DNA of 64,000 bases from an uncultured delta proteobacterium (GTDB lineage Bacteria; Desulfobacterota; Binatia; UBA9968), in contig CAWJZV010000007.1 of assembly GCA_963847445.1 (NCBI GenBank), positions 224,001 through 288,000 of the forward strand, read 5' to 3'. Below the pieces are notes generated by a model that did not search any database, had not been told where the DNA came from, and saw nothing but the letters and a program-made list of their open reading frames with translations. This document shows positions 23,958 through 33,418 of this stretch, in pieces. Numbering within the stretch: position 1 is the first letter of the stretch; every line of letters starts with the position of its first letter. The position numbers were made by a program, and so were the translations under genes.

Positions 23958-25174
23958 CTAGAACTCTTCATCGTTTTCGAGATACCGTTTTAATCTGCCG
24001 TGAGAAAACGCGCGGCGCTGGCGCCGTCGACGACGCGATGGTCCGCCGATAAAGTCGCTGTCATCATGGATTTGATCTCGATGCCGTCGCCGTCCGTCAC
24101 CACGCGCGGTGCGACCCGGCCGACTGCTAGGATCGCGCGCTTGTGGTGGATTGATTATGGCGGTGAAGCTATCGACACCGAGCATGCCAAGGTTCGACAC
24201 GGTAAAAGTTCCGCCTTCGTAGTCGAGCGGAAAAAGCTTTTTGTTTTGCGCCTTGTCGGCCAGCGCGCGGCTTTGCTTGGCCAATTCAAGCAAGTTCAGC
24301 CGGTCGGCGTTGCGAATCACCGGCACGACCAGGCCTTCATCGAGGGCAACAGCGACTCCGACGTTGATGTCAGCGTGCTGCAGAATTCCTTGCTCGGTGA
24401 AGCTTGAGTTCAGCGTGCGGAAATTCTTTAAGCGCGCGCGCCGAGGCTTGGAGAATAAAATCATTGATCGACGGCATCGACTCGTCGCCGCGCTCTTTCC
24501 ATCCGCCTCTGAGCTTGCTCACCGCACTCATATCGATGTCCATGCTGATGTAAAAATGCGGCGCTGTTTGTTTGCTCTGCGTCATGCGCTGGCCGACGAT
24601 GCGGCGCATGGGGGTGAGCGGTATTAAGCCAGTGCTCGTTGAAGTTGCGGGCCGTGCAAGGTTTCCGTTGCCGGCGCGCTGCACATCGGCGGCGAGAATA
24701 CTTCCTTCGGGGCCGCTGCCGCGCAGCGAACTCAGCTCGATTCCCTGTTCTTTGGCAATTCGCTTGGCTTTTGGCGAGGCGAGAATTCGTCCGCCGGTTG
24801 GCGCTGTAGAAAGGTCAGGCATCGTTGTGGCTTGTCGAGGTCGTCGCGCGGCCCTCACCCCTGCCCTCTCCCGGGGGGAGAGGGGGTAAGAGAGGCGCTG
24901 CCGCGGGCGCTTGTTTTTTTGTCGGCAGCGCTTCGCCCGGCGCCAAGATCAGCGCGATCGTCTGACCCACTGGCACTTCGTCACCGGCTTTCGCCTAACC
25001 CGAGTCAAGAATACCGGAAGCCGCCGCTTCGATCTCGACGGTCGCTTTGTCAGTTTCGATTTCCATCAACGGCTCGCCTTTGGTCACGGATTGACCTTCA
25101 GCTTTGAGCCACTTGAGCAGCGTTCCGGTTTGCTGCGCCACGCCGAGGGCGGGCATGATTACATTGGTTGCCAA
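23958..25174 (-). CDS. Dihydrolipoamide acyltransferase (E2); frameshifted
   Basis: Lipoyl domain EIETDKA, PSBD ASPKAKRIAKE..G.GP.G, GGTFTVSNLG, IINPPQ and catalytic SADHRVVDGA. Confidence 0.92.
24852..24886. repeat. Palindromic repeat inside the E2 coding sequence
   Basis: CCCTCACCCCTG-CCCTCTCCC-GGG-GGGAGAGGG; reads PLPPGEGRGEG in the E2 frame. Confidence 0.75.
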
Positions 25175-25192
25175 AACATCCTCGGGTTAAAT

Positions 25193-26539
25193 CTAAGTGT
25201 GTAATCCGGTTGAGCATGATCAGCTGTTTCACTCGTTCCAGCGCTCCAGGGTTATTCAGATTCGATTGCGTTTCGCGAACGGTCGGCAGTTCGCCGCCGG
25301 TGGTGAAATAGTGCGTGCCGGCGACCAGCAGCTTTTCCGATGGAAAGCGGGTGATCACTTCGCAGCCGTCTTTGGTGACGACGACTTCTTCTTCGAGGCG
25401 CGCGGCCGACCAGCCGTCGGAGGCCGGCCAGTAGGTTTCCAGCGCGAAGACCATGCCTTCTTCGATCACTTCGGGATGATCGAGCGAAACCAAGCGGCTG
25501 AAGATCGGTTTCTCCCAGATCGACAAGCCGACGCCGTGGCCGTATTGCAACGCGAAGGCGGCTTCTTCGTTGGCGAAGCCGAACTCTTGCGCCTTGGGCC
25601 AGAGCTTGACTACATCGGCCGTGGTGATTCCCGGCTTGACGATGCTGATCGCGGCGTCCATGTAGTCGCGGCTGCGTTTGTAGGCGTCGACCATCGCCGG
25701 CGAGGCGCTGCCGACGGCGAACGTGCGGTAGTAGCAGGTGCGGTAGCCGTTGAAGCTGTGCAGAATGTCAAAAAACGCCGGATCGCCGGGACGGAGCACG
25801 CGGTCGGTGTAGACATGCGGGATGCGGGCTGCAGCGCTCGCCGGAGATCGCGTTGACGCCTTCGACATGTTCGGAGCCGAGATCGTAGAGCACTTTGCTG
25901 ACCACGCCGACGCATTCGTTTTCTCTCACGCCCGGTTTCATGAAGCGATACAGCTCTTCGTAGGCGGCATCGACCATCATGGTCGCGGTGTTGAGCAGCG
26001 TGATTTCGTCTTGGGTTTTGATTTTTCTCACTTCGTGCATCAACTGCTGGCCGTCGACGACCTTGATGCCTTGGGCTTGCAGCGCGAACAGCACCGGCAT
26101 CTCGATCACGTCGACGCCGACCGGCTCGTTCTGCAAGTTGCGCATTTCCAATTCGAGCTTAATTTTTTTCGCGACATCTTCGGCCAAGCCCGAGCCAGGA
26201 TTGGTCGCGCCGCGCAGCGTGGAAATGCCGGCGCGCGAGCGCTCGCCCAACCAGGGGCAGTAAATCTGATGATGGCGCGCCGCCGAGCCGAAGTCCCAGA
26301 GGATCGGCTCGTCATCCTGCGGCAACAACGAGAAGCGCACCAGCTTGTCCATCGCCCAGGTGCCGATGTGGGTCGCGGTGATGTAGCGGATGTTGTTCAT
26401 GTCGAAGCAGAGCAGCGCGCCGATCTCCGATTTCTTCAGCGCGCTTTTCACCCGCGCCAGACGCTCCTGGCGCAGCCGCTCGATGTTGACGCGCTCTTCC
26501 CAATCGACAGCCATCAGGCCGAAGGTTTTTAAGTCCCAT
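25193..26539 (-). CDS. M24 family (Xaa-Pro peptidase/creatinase/DddP-like) enzyme; frameshifted, end approximate
   Basis: FDMNNIRY, RKIKT.DEI, GHGVGL, ALETY and RLEEEVVVT.DG.EV.T.FP. Confidence 0.88.
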
Positions 26540-26577
26540 GACTAACCTCCAAAACCTGCGTTCCAACAAAATCTAGG

Positions 26578-26666
26578 GTTCCAATCGTTCCAGCTGTTCC
26601 AAAGGTTCCAATTGTCAATTCCTCTTCAACGATTGGAACAACTGGAACTATTGGAACGGCTGGAAC
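26578..26666. repeat. Hairpin with 9-mer tandem arms
   Basis: (GTTCCAnnn)x4, 17-nt spacer, (nnnTGGAAC)x4. Confidence 0.85.
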
Positions 26667-26705
26667 CTTCTCGCGCAACTTGGCACATTTAGCATGACCA
26701 ACGGA

Positions 26706-27723
26706 TCATAGTTTGCCGCACAGCTGCCGCGCTAATGCCGCCACCGACTCCGGCGTCGGCACCGTCTGATCTTCGAGCACCGGCGAGAACGGCACCGGCA
26801 CGTCCATCGCGCCCATCCGTTTCACCGGCGCGTCGAGATAGTAGAAAGCGCCGTCGGCGATCACCGAGGCGATCTCCGCGGTCACGCCGTAGCGCTCGTA
26901 GCCTTCGTCGATGACGATGGCGCGGCTGGTTTTTTTCGCCGACTCGATGATTGTTTGTTTGTCCAGCGGCGCGGTGGTGCGCACATCGACGACTTCGGCG
27001 CTGATCTCATTCTGTGCCAAGTAATTCCGCCGCAGCCAGCGCGACCTGAACCATGCTGCTGGTGGCGACCAGCGTGATGTCGCTGCCGGCGCGCTTCACG
27101 TCGGCGACGCCGAGCGGAATCGTGTATTCCTCCGTCGGCACCGGGCCCTTTGAGCTGGTACATCATCTTGTCTTCGAAAAAGACCACCGGGTTGTCGTCG
27201 CGGATCGCCGACTTGAGCAAGCCTTTGGCGTCGTAGGGCGTTGACGGCACGACGACTTTCAAGCCGGGAATGTGACTCAACCAGGCGTGCAAGCTCTGGC
27301 TATGCTGCGCGGCGGAGCGGCGCGTGGCGCCAAGCGTTGTGCGCAGGACCATGGGCACTTTGAGCTTGCCGCCGGACATGTAGTGAATCTTCGCCGCCTG
27401 ATTGACCATCTGGTCCATCGTCAGCGTAATGAAGTCGCCGAACATGATGTCGACGACCGGCCGCATGCCGGTCATCGCCGCGCCGACACCGATACCGGCG
27501 ATCCCCGCTTCGGAAATCGGCGAGTCGATCACGCGCTCGGTGCCGAATTCTTTTACCAATCCCGACAGAACTTTGAACGGCGTGCCCGCCTCGGCGACAT
27601 CTTCGCCGATGATGAACACCGTCGGATCGCGGCGCATCTCTTCGGCGAGCGCTTCGTTGATCGCTTGGCCGAAGGTGATTTCGCGCGTCCCAAATTGCTC
27701 GCAGTGTTAACTAGCGTAGACAT
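26706..27723 (-). CDS. TPP-dependent dehydrogenase E1 beta (pyruvate/acetoin type); frameshifted
   Basis: GEDV, DSPISE, G.RPVV.IMF.DF, AAQHSQ and [11 protein letters not shown]. Confidence 0.92.
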
Positions 27724-28719
27724 GCTGATCGACTTCACCCGGTTCCGGATACGGCGCATTGAGCGCGAAGTTTACGGCGTCTTTGATTTCCGCGGCGACT
27801 TCGTTTTCGATGCGCTGGAATAACTTGCCGTCCGCCAGTTTATTCTTTTCAAGCCAGGCGGCGAGCAGCTTCACCGGATCGCGCTTTGATTTCCACTCTT
27901 CCTCTTCGGCTTTCGAGCGATAGTAGGCGCGGTCGATGTCGCCGACGTGATGGCCGTGAAAGCGGTAGGTGAGACATTCCAGAAAAGCCGGGCCGTCGCC
28001 GCGGCGCGCGCGCTCGACTAGTTTTTGCGCCATGGCGTGGAGCGCGCGCACATCCTGGCCGTCGAGCGATTCGACGTGAATGCCGAAGGCTTTAGCGCGG
28101 CCAGTCACTTCGCCGGCGGTGGTTTCGCGATAGTGGGTGTACTCGTTGTACTGATTGTTCTCGCAGACGTAGATCACCGGCAGCTTCCACAGCGACGCCA
28201 TGTTCATGGTTTCGTAGAGCAGTCCTTGGCCGAGGGCGCCGTCGCCGAAGAAACAGACCGCCACTTGATCGCTCTTGCGCATCTTGATCGACATCGCCGC
28301 GCCGGTGGCGATGCCCGCGCTGCCGCCGACGATGGCGTTGGCGCCCAGGTTGCCGGTGTCCTGGTCGGCGATATGCATCGAGCCGCCTTTGCCGCGGCAG
28401 TAGCCGGCTTCTTTGCCGAGCAATTCGGCGAACATTCGGTCCAGCGCTGCGCCTTTGGCGATGCAATGGCCGTGACCGCGGTGCGTGCTGGTGATGTAAT
28501 CGTCTTGCCGCAACGCTGCGCAGACGCCGACGGCGACCGCTTCTTCGCCAATATAAAGATGCGCCAGCCCCGGCATCTTGGCGCCGAGATAAAGTTGATT
28601 GACCTCTTCTTCGAAGAGACGAATCTTGAGCATCTCACGGTAGAAGTGGAGCCAGCGCTCGTCGTGGGCGGGAGCGCGTGCTCGGTGCGCTCTGTTTGGA
28701 TCTTCTTAGTTTGAGCCAT
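27707..28719 (-). CDS. TPP-dependent dehydrogenase E1 alpha (pyruvate/acetoin type)
   Basis: HL.IGEEA, THRGHGH, GKGGSMH, TPP motif GDGA...ENN and TYRFHGH. Confidence 0.93.
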
Positions 28720-28740
28720 CAGAGTATCACCGGGACAAAT

Positions 28741-28850
28741 TGGAGTAATGGAGTGCTGGAGTGTTGGAGTATTGGGTTTCGGAATCCCACTCCAGTACTC
28801 CATCACTCCAGTCTTGCCACTCCACCACTCCAGTACTCCATCACTCCAGT
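28741..28850. repeat. Inverted 8-mer tandem repeat element
   Basis: (TGGAGTnn)x4, then (ACTCCAnn)x3 and x4; overlaps the upstream gene's stop codon. Confidence 0.88.
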
Positions 28851-29728
28851 TTCTTTCCCGCCATGCTTGCCAAGACTTCGAAGACAATCGCGAAATCTTT
28901 CTCCGCCAATCCCATGCCGCGGGCGGCCGTGAGAAATTGGTTGGTAATGGACGTCGTCGGCAGCGGCACGTCGAGCTGGCGGCCCATTTCCAAGGCGAGC
29001 AGCAAATCTTTTTGCATCATGTTGACGTCGAACCAGGCTTCGTCCGGCATGTTCAACACGAACGGTCCACGATATTTCACCATCGGCGAGGCCATGACGC
29101 TATTGAGCATGACTTCGACGGCGGTTGCGCGCGCGATGCCGCTCTTCTCGGCGAGCAGCACGCCTTCACTGAAGGCGAGCATTTGCACGGCGAGACTGAG
29201 ATTCGTGGCGATCTTCATCGACACCGCTAAGCCATTGGCACCGACATAGGTCGCCTTCGGGCCGATCGCTTGAAGATACGGCAGAACTTTTTCGAAGGTC
29301 TCCTGCTTGCCGCCGACCATGAATGAGAGTTTGCCTTCTTCCAGGGTAATCGAGCTGCCGGACACCGGAGCATCGAGCATCTGCGGCGCCCTGCGCTTCG
29401 ACTTGTTTGGCGAGTGGCGCGGATCGCCGCCGGACTCACCGTGCTCATGTCGACGTAGATTTTCCCGGCGCACAGTCCAGCCAATATGCCGTCTGTGCCC
29501 TCGGTGACTGCGTGCAGCGCCTCGGTGTTGGCGATCATGGAAAAGATAATCTCGCACGATTCCGCGGCCGCGCGCGGGTTGTCGGCCCACTTCATGCCGC
29601 AGTCGATCAGCCACTGCGCCTTGGACTTGGTGCGGTTGTAACCCGTGACGCTATGGCCGGCAGTCGAGCAGCCGCTTCACCATCCGGCTGCCCATCACTC
29701 CGAGACCGACAAAACCGAGATTCGCCAT
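28841..29728 (-). CDS. NAD(P)-dependent beta-hydroxyacid dehydrogenase (3-hydroxyisobutyrate/tartronate semialdehyde type); frameshifted
   Basis: GFVGLGVMG, DMSTVSP, DAPVSG, K...N and KDL. Confidence 0.9.
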
Positions 29729-29746
29729 CGATAACTCCAAAAATGA

Positions 29747-29916
29747 AAATCCGAATATCTAAATCCGAAACAAACGCAGAAACGCGACAAATCCGGACAG
29801 AAATAATCAAATCGAGGAAATCCGTATTAGAGCCCTGTTTAGCATTGAATTGACGGCCTGTTGGTCCATTCGACTTTGTCTTCGGATTTGTTCGGAGATA
29901 TTCGGATTTCGGATTT
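29747..29916. repeat. MITE-like element with inverted 7-mer (AAATCCG) termini
   Basis: AAATCCGAATATCTAAATCCGAAAC ... TTCGGATTTGTTCGGAGATATTCGGATTTCGGATTT. Confidence 0.75.
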
Positions 29917-30930
29917 CTAACTTTCCGCCTTGATGTACTTGCCCATCTCTTTCAACGTCTCGGGCGTTTGGTTGAACAAAGCATTAAAATCTTTGGTGAT
30001 CTGTTCGGCGGAGATGTATGAAAAATCGATGCGCGCTCTCTTCGCTTCGGCGAGGAGTTCTGGATCTTTGATCGCCTTGGCGAATGCTTCGCGCAATACG
30101 GTCACGCGATCTTTCGGCGTATTCGGATGGACGGCGAACGCGCGGCCAATCGCTTGAGGAATTGATTTGATCGACATCAGCGACTTGCCCAGCGCGCTGG
30201 TTGCCAGATCTTCATCCACCGGCAGATTTTCGTAGCCTGGCAAAGCCGTGCGGCCACGCACCAGCGGCCTGACGGCGCCGCGGTCGGCGGCGAGTTTGAT
30301 CGTCGTTGCCAACGCCGACCAGGCGTCGACTTCTTTTCGCTCGACGGCCAGCAGGACATCGCTGTTGGAAGGATAACCGGCGACTAGTTTTAATTTGGCG
30401 CCGGCGAATTCCTTCAGCAGCAGCGGAAAGTCGTGGGCGTTGGAGCCTGGCCCGGTGGTGCCGGCAACCAGTTCGCGGTCTGCCTTCTTCAAATCGTCAA
30501 AACTTTTGTAAGGAAGGTCCGGGCGGATCGAGAACATCACGCCGTCGGCGCCGGAGGAGCCGAGCCAGTTAAACTTGCGCACGTCGAAGCGCGCCTGCGG
30601 AATTTTCGACATCTGCGCGATGGCGACGTTGGGGTTCGCCGCGAGGATGGTCAGGCCATCCGCTTTGGCGACGTTGTATACATTATTGGTCGCCAACAGA
30701 TGGGCTGCGCCCGGCATATGTTGCAAGATCACCGCCGGTTTGCCGGGAATGTATTTGCCCAAATGGTGCGCGACGATGAGCGCCGCGATCTCAAGACTGC
30801 CGCTCTTGGCGCCGATCAGAATGGTGACGGCTTTGCCATCGTAAAAATTTGCCTGTCCGAAAGCCGGCGCGCCTGTAAGGATCGACCAAGTTAAAAACGA
30901 ATAAGCCGTTAACTGCCGAGCGATCTTCAT
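29917..30930 (-). CDS. TctC/Bug-like periplasmic binding protein
   Basis: Signal peptide, FY.GK.V, YIPGKP, MPGA, DGLTI and AVERKEVD. Confidence 0.85.
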   Translation of the reverse strand: MKIARQLTAYSFLTWSILTGAPAFGQANFYDGKAVTILIGAKSGSLEIAALIVAHHLGKYIPGKPAVILQHMPGAAHLLATNNVYNVAKADGLTILAANPNVAIAQMSKIPQARFDVRKFNWLGSSGADGVMFSIRPDLPYKSFDDLKKADRELVAGTTGPGSNAHDFPLLLKEFAGAKLKLVAGYPSNSDVLLAVERKEVDAWSALATTIKLAADRGAVRPLVRGRTALPGYENLPVDEDLATSALGKSLMSIKSIPQAIGRAFAVHPNTPKDRVTVLREAFAKAIKDPELLAEAKRARIDFSYISAEQITKDFNALFNQTPETLKEMGKYIKAES

Positions 30931-31016
30931 GCTATCCTCCTGCGATACGATTCTTACCATTGATATTTTAAACTGTATGGCTTCAACAAATTTGCCGTCC
31001 TATGTGCCTGCGAAAA

Positions 31017-31052
31017 AAATCCGAAATCCGAATATCGAATTCCCAAACAAAC
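31017..31052 (+). repeat. Further copy of the AAATCCG 7-mer repeat
   Basis: AAATCCGAAATCCGAATATCGAATTCCCAAACAAAC, near-identical to the arm at 29747. Confidence 0.75.
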
Positions 31053-31150
31053 CGCAGCCAAATAAGTTCCAATTCGTTTATACCAACCGTTATGCCGAAG
31101 CGACGCAAGGGTATGTGATTCTAATGACGCCAGTCAAGCCAATTACACGT

Positions 31151-31627
31151 CTAAAGGCCAAGCCACGCTTGCAGCACGCCTTGTTCGAATTGCAAGTGCA
31201 CGAGTTTTTGAAACAGCCCATAAAACATCACCCAGGTGATTGCCGTTGCCGCCATCGTCGGCAGCGCACCGACACCGCTTTCAAAGCGGAGATAGCAGCA
31301 AATAAACAGCGGCACGGTGAGCGGAAAGCCGATCAGGTAAACGCAGAGAATGAAACCGGCGATCCAAGAAAACGCCGTGATCACGCGCCGGCGCTCGACC
31401 TCAGGCGGGACGTCGCTGGAGAACTCCAGGTCGACCGCCGCGCTGTCGATAATTTCTGCCTTGCCGAGAAATAGCTGCCAGAGCTGAGTCGCGGCCAGGA
31501 GCAAAAGTGGAATACCCACCGCCAGCGGAAACAAAGCCGCATTAAACGGCCATTCGAGCGCCAGGTAGATCGCCGCAGCAGCGACCAAGATGAGGAAAAC
31601 GCAGAAGAGTATGCGGCCCTTATGCAT
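31151..31627 (-). CDS. TctB-like small permease
   Basis: About 4-5 TM segments, LFP motif, coupled to tctA. Confidence 0.8.
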   Translation of the reverse strand: MHKGRILFCVFLILVAAAAIYLALEWPFNAALFPLAVGIPLLLLAATQLWQLFLGKAEIIDSAAVDLEFSSDVPPEVERRRVITAFSWIAGFILCVYLIGFPLTVPLFICCYLRFESGVGALPTMAATAITWVMFYGLFQKLVHLQFEQGVLQAWLGL

Positions 31628-33131
31628 TCGCTTGGCTCTGGGCGCGCTGGCGCCGTTTCTGGATATACGGATAAGCGATCACGAAGAGCATGAGAACGAT
31701 TAGAAAGATCACCATCGGCTGCATGAGCCAGGCAAAGCCGTAGCGCGCGACGGAAATGAAGAAATAGGTCTCGATGACTTTGCCCAAGACAAAGCCGAGA
31801 ACGAAGGGCGGACGAGGCCAGCCGAACAGCACCATAAAATAGCTGAGCACGCCGAAGATCAGCGTGACGAGCAAATCGGTGATCTGGCCGTTGGCGGTGT
31901 AACTGCCGACGAAAACCAGCAGCAGCACAAACGGAATGATCAGACCACCGCGCACGTTGGTCACTTTGGCTAATTGATCGAGGATCGTTAGGCATAAGAG
32001 CACGGCGATGATGTTCGCGATCACCAAAGTCCAAACCATCGAGAAGGTGATCGGCAGATGCTTGGTCAGCATGTCGGGTCCGGGTGAGAGGCCCATGATC
32101 AAAAAAGCGCTGAGCAGGATCGCCATGGCGCCGCTGCCGGGAACGCCGAAGGCGACCGTCGGGATCAGTTCGCCGCCTTCTTTCGAATTATTCGCCGCGC
32201 CCGGTCCGAGAACACCGCGCACATCGCCTTTGCCGAAGCGTTCTCTGTCCTTGGCATCCTTGGCGCCTTGGACGGCATGAGCGTAGGCCATCCATTGGGC
32301 AACGCCGCCGCCCGCTCCTGGCAGGATGCCGACGAATACACCGACCACTGAGCAGCGAAACACCAGCCAAAAATGGCGAAAGGTATCTTTGATCCCTTCG
32401 ATCACGCCGCTACGCAAATTCTCCGCCGGCCGCTCCCCCGCGATCGCGGTGCCGCGCACAGTGAGATCGATAATTTCCGGGATCGCGAAGACACCGACCA
32501 ACACTGGCACGAAGTCGAGACCTTCCCACAAATACATCAACCCCATGTCAAAACGGAGCGAACCGGACTGACGCTCTTGGCCAATGGTCGACACCAGCAG
32601 ACCGAACAGACCCATAGCGAAGCCCTTGACCTGTCCGTGCGCGCCGGCGCCGCTGAGCGAGGTGATGCAGGATATGCCGATAACCGCCAACATGAACAGC
32701 TCCGGCGAACCAAAGGCGAGCACCAGCGGGCGGACGATCGGAATTGCCAGCGCCAACGCCACCGCGCCGATCACCGCGCCGACCAGCGAGCTCATCAGCG
32801 CGGCGCCGAGGGCGCGTCCAGCCTCGCCATTCTTTGCCATCGGATGACCATCGACAACCGTGGCGGCGGAGATCGCCTCGCCGGGCACACCGAAAAGCAC
32901 CGAGGTAATATCGCCAGTGGTCGCGGCGACGGCGTGCATGCCGAGCAGAAACGCGAACGCCTCGGCGGGCTGCATTTTGAAAACGAACGGGATCATCAAG
33001 GCGAGAGTGGCCGCCCCACCGATGCCGGGGAGCAGGCCGACGCAGAAGCCAAGACCCATGCCGACCAGCATCAAGCTGAAAGCTTTCCATTGAAGCACCA
33101 GGAAGAGACCGTCGATGAATGCGTCGAACAT
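31620..33131 (-). CDS. tctA: TctA-like large permease
   Basis: GLLPGIGG, LFGVPG, DG.PMAK.GEAGRALG and AANNSKEGG..IPT.AFGVPGS. Confidence 0.92.
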   Translation of the reverse strand: MFDAFIDGLFLVLQWKAFSLMLVGMGLGFCVGLLPGIGGAATLALMIPFVFKMQPAEAFAFLLGMHAVAATTGDITSVLFGVPGEAISAATVVDGHPMAKNGEAGRALGAALMSSLVGAVIGAVALALAIPIVRPLVLAFGSPELFMLAVIGISCITSLSGAGAHGQVKGFAMGLFGLLVSTIGQERQSGSLRFDMGLMYLWEGLDFVPVLVGVFAIPEIIDLTVRGTAIAGERPAENLRSGVIEGIKDTFRHFWLVFRCSVVGVFVGILPGAGGGVAQWMAYAHAVQGAKDAKDRERFGKGDVRGVLGPGAANNSKEGGELIPTVAFGVPGSGAMAILLSAFLIMGLSPGPDMLTKHLPITFSMVWTLVIANIIAVLLCLTILDQLAKVTNVRGGLIIPFVLLLVFVGSYTANGQITDLLVTLIFGVLSYFMVLFGWPRPPFVLGFVLGKVIETYFFISVARYGFAWLMQPMVIFLIVLMLFVIAYPYIQKRRQRAQSQANA

Positions 33132-33208
33132 CGTCTAGCTGCCTTTACCACGGTGCCTGGACCCGGTTGCGAGATTGCCGGCGTAACTGGGCGACCAACA
33201 CCGGCGCG

Positions 33209-33238
33209 ACTATATGGGAGCGACGATTTTACTGTCAA
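33209..33238 (-). promoter_or_regulatory. Putative sigma70 promoter of the second tct operon
   Basis: TTGACA-N18-TATAGT on the minus strand. Confidence 0.5.
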
Positions 33239-33418
33239 GCAAAGATTCGTACCGAGCGGCGAAATGTGAGAAAAGATTTAACCGCAGACCCAGGGTTAGT
33301 CCAAAAAGTTCGCTGGATATTGTTGTAACAGCGCTGCTGCGCGTAATCGCAGATCCACACTTGAGACCAGTGGATTGGGACGACTCTTTGCCGAGAAATT
33401 GCTCTACCGACAGATAAT

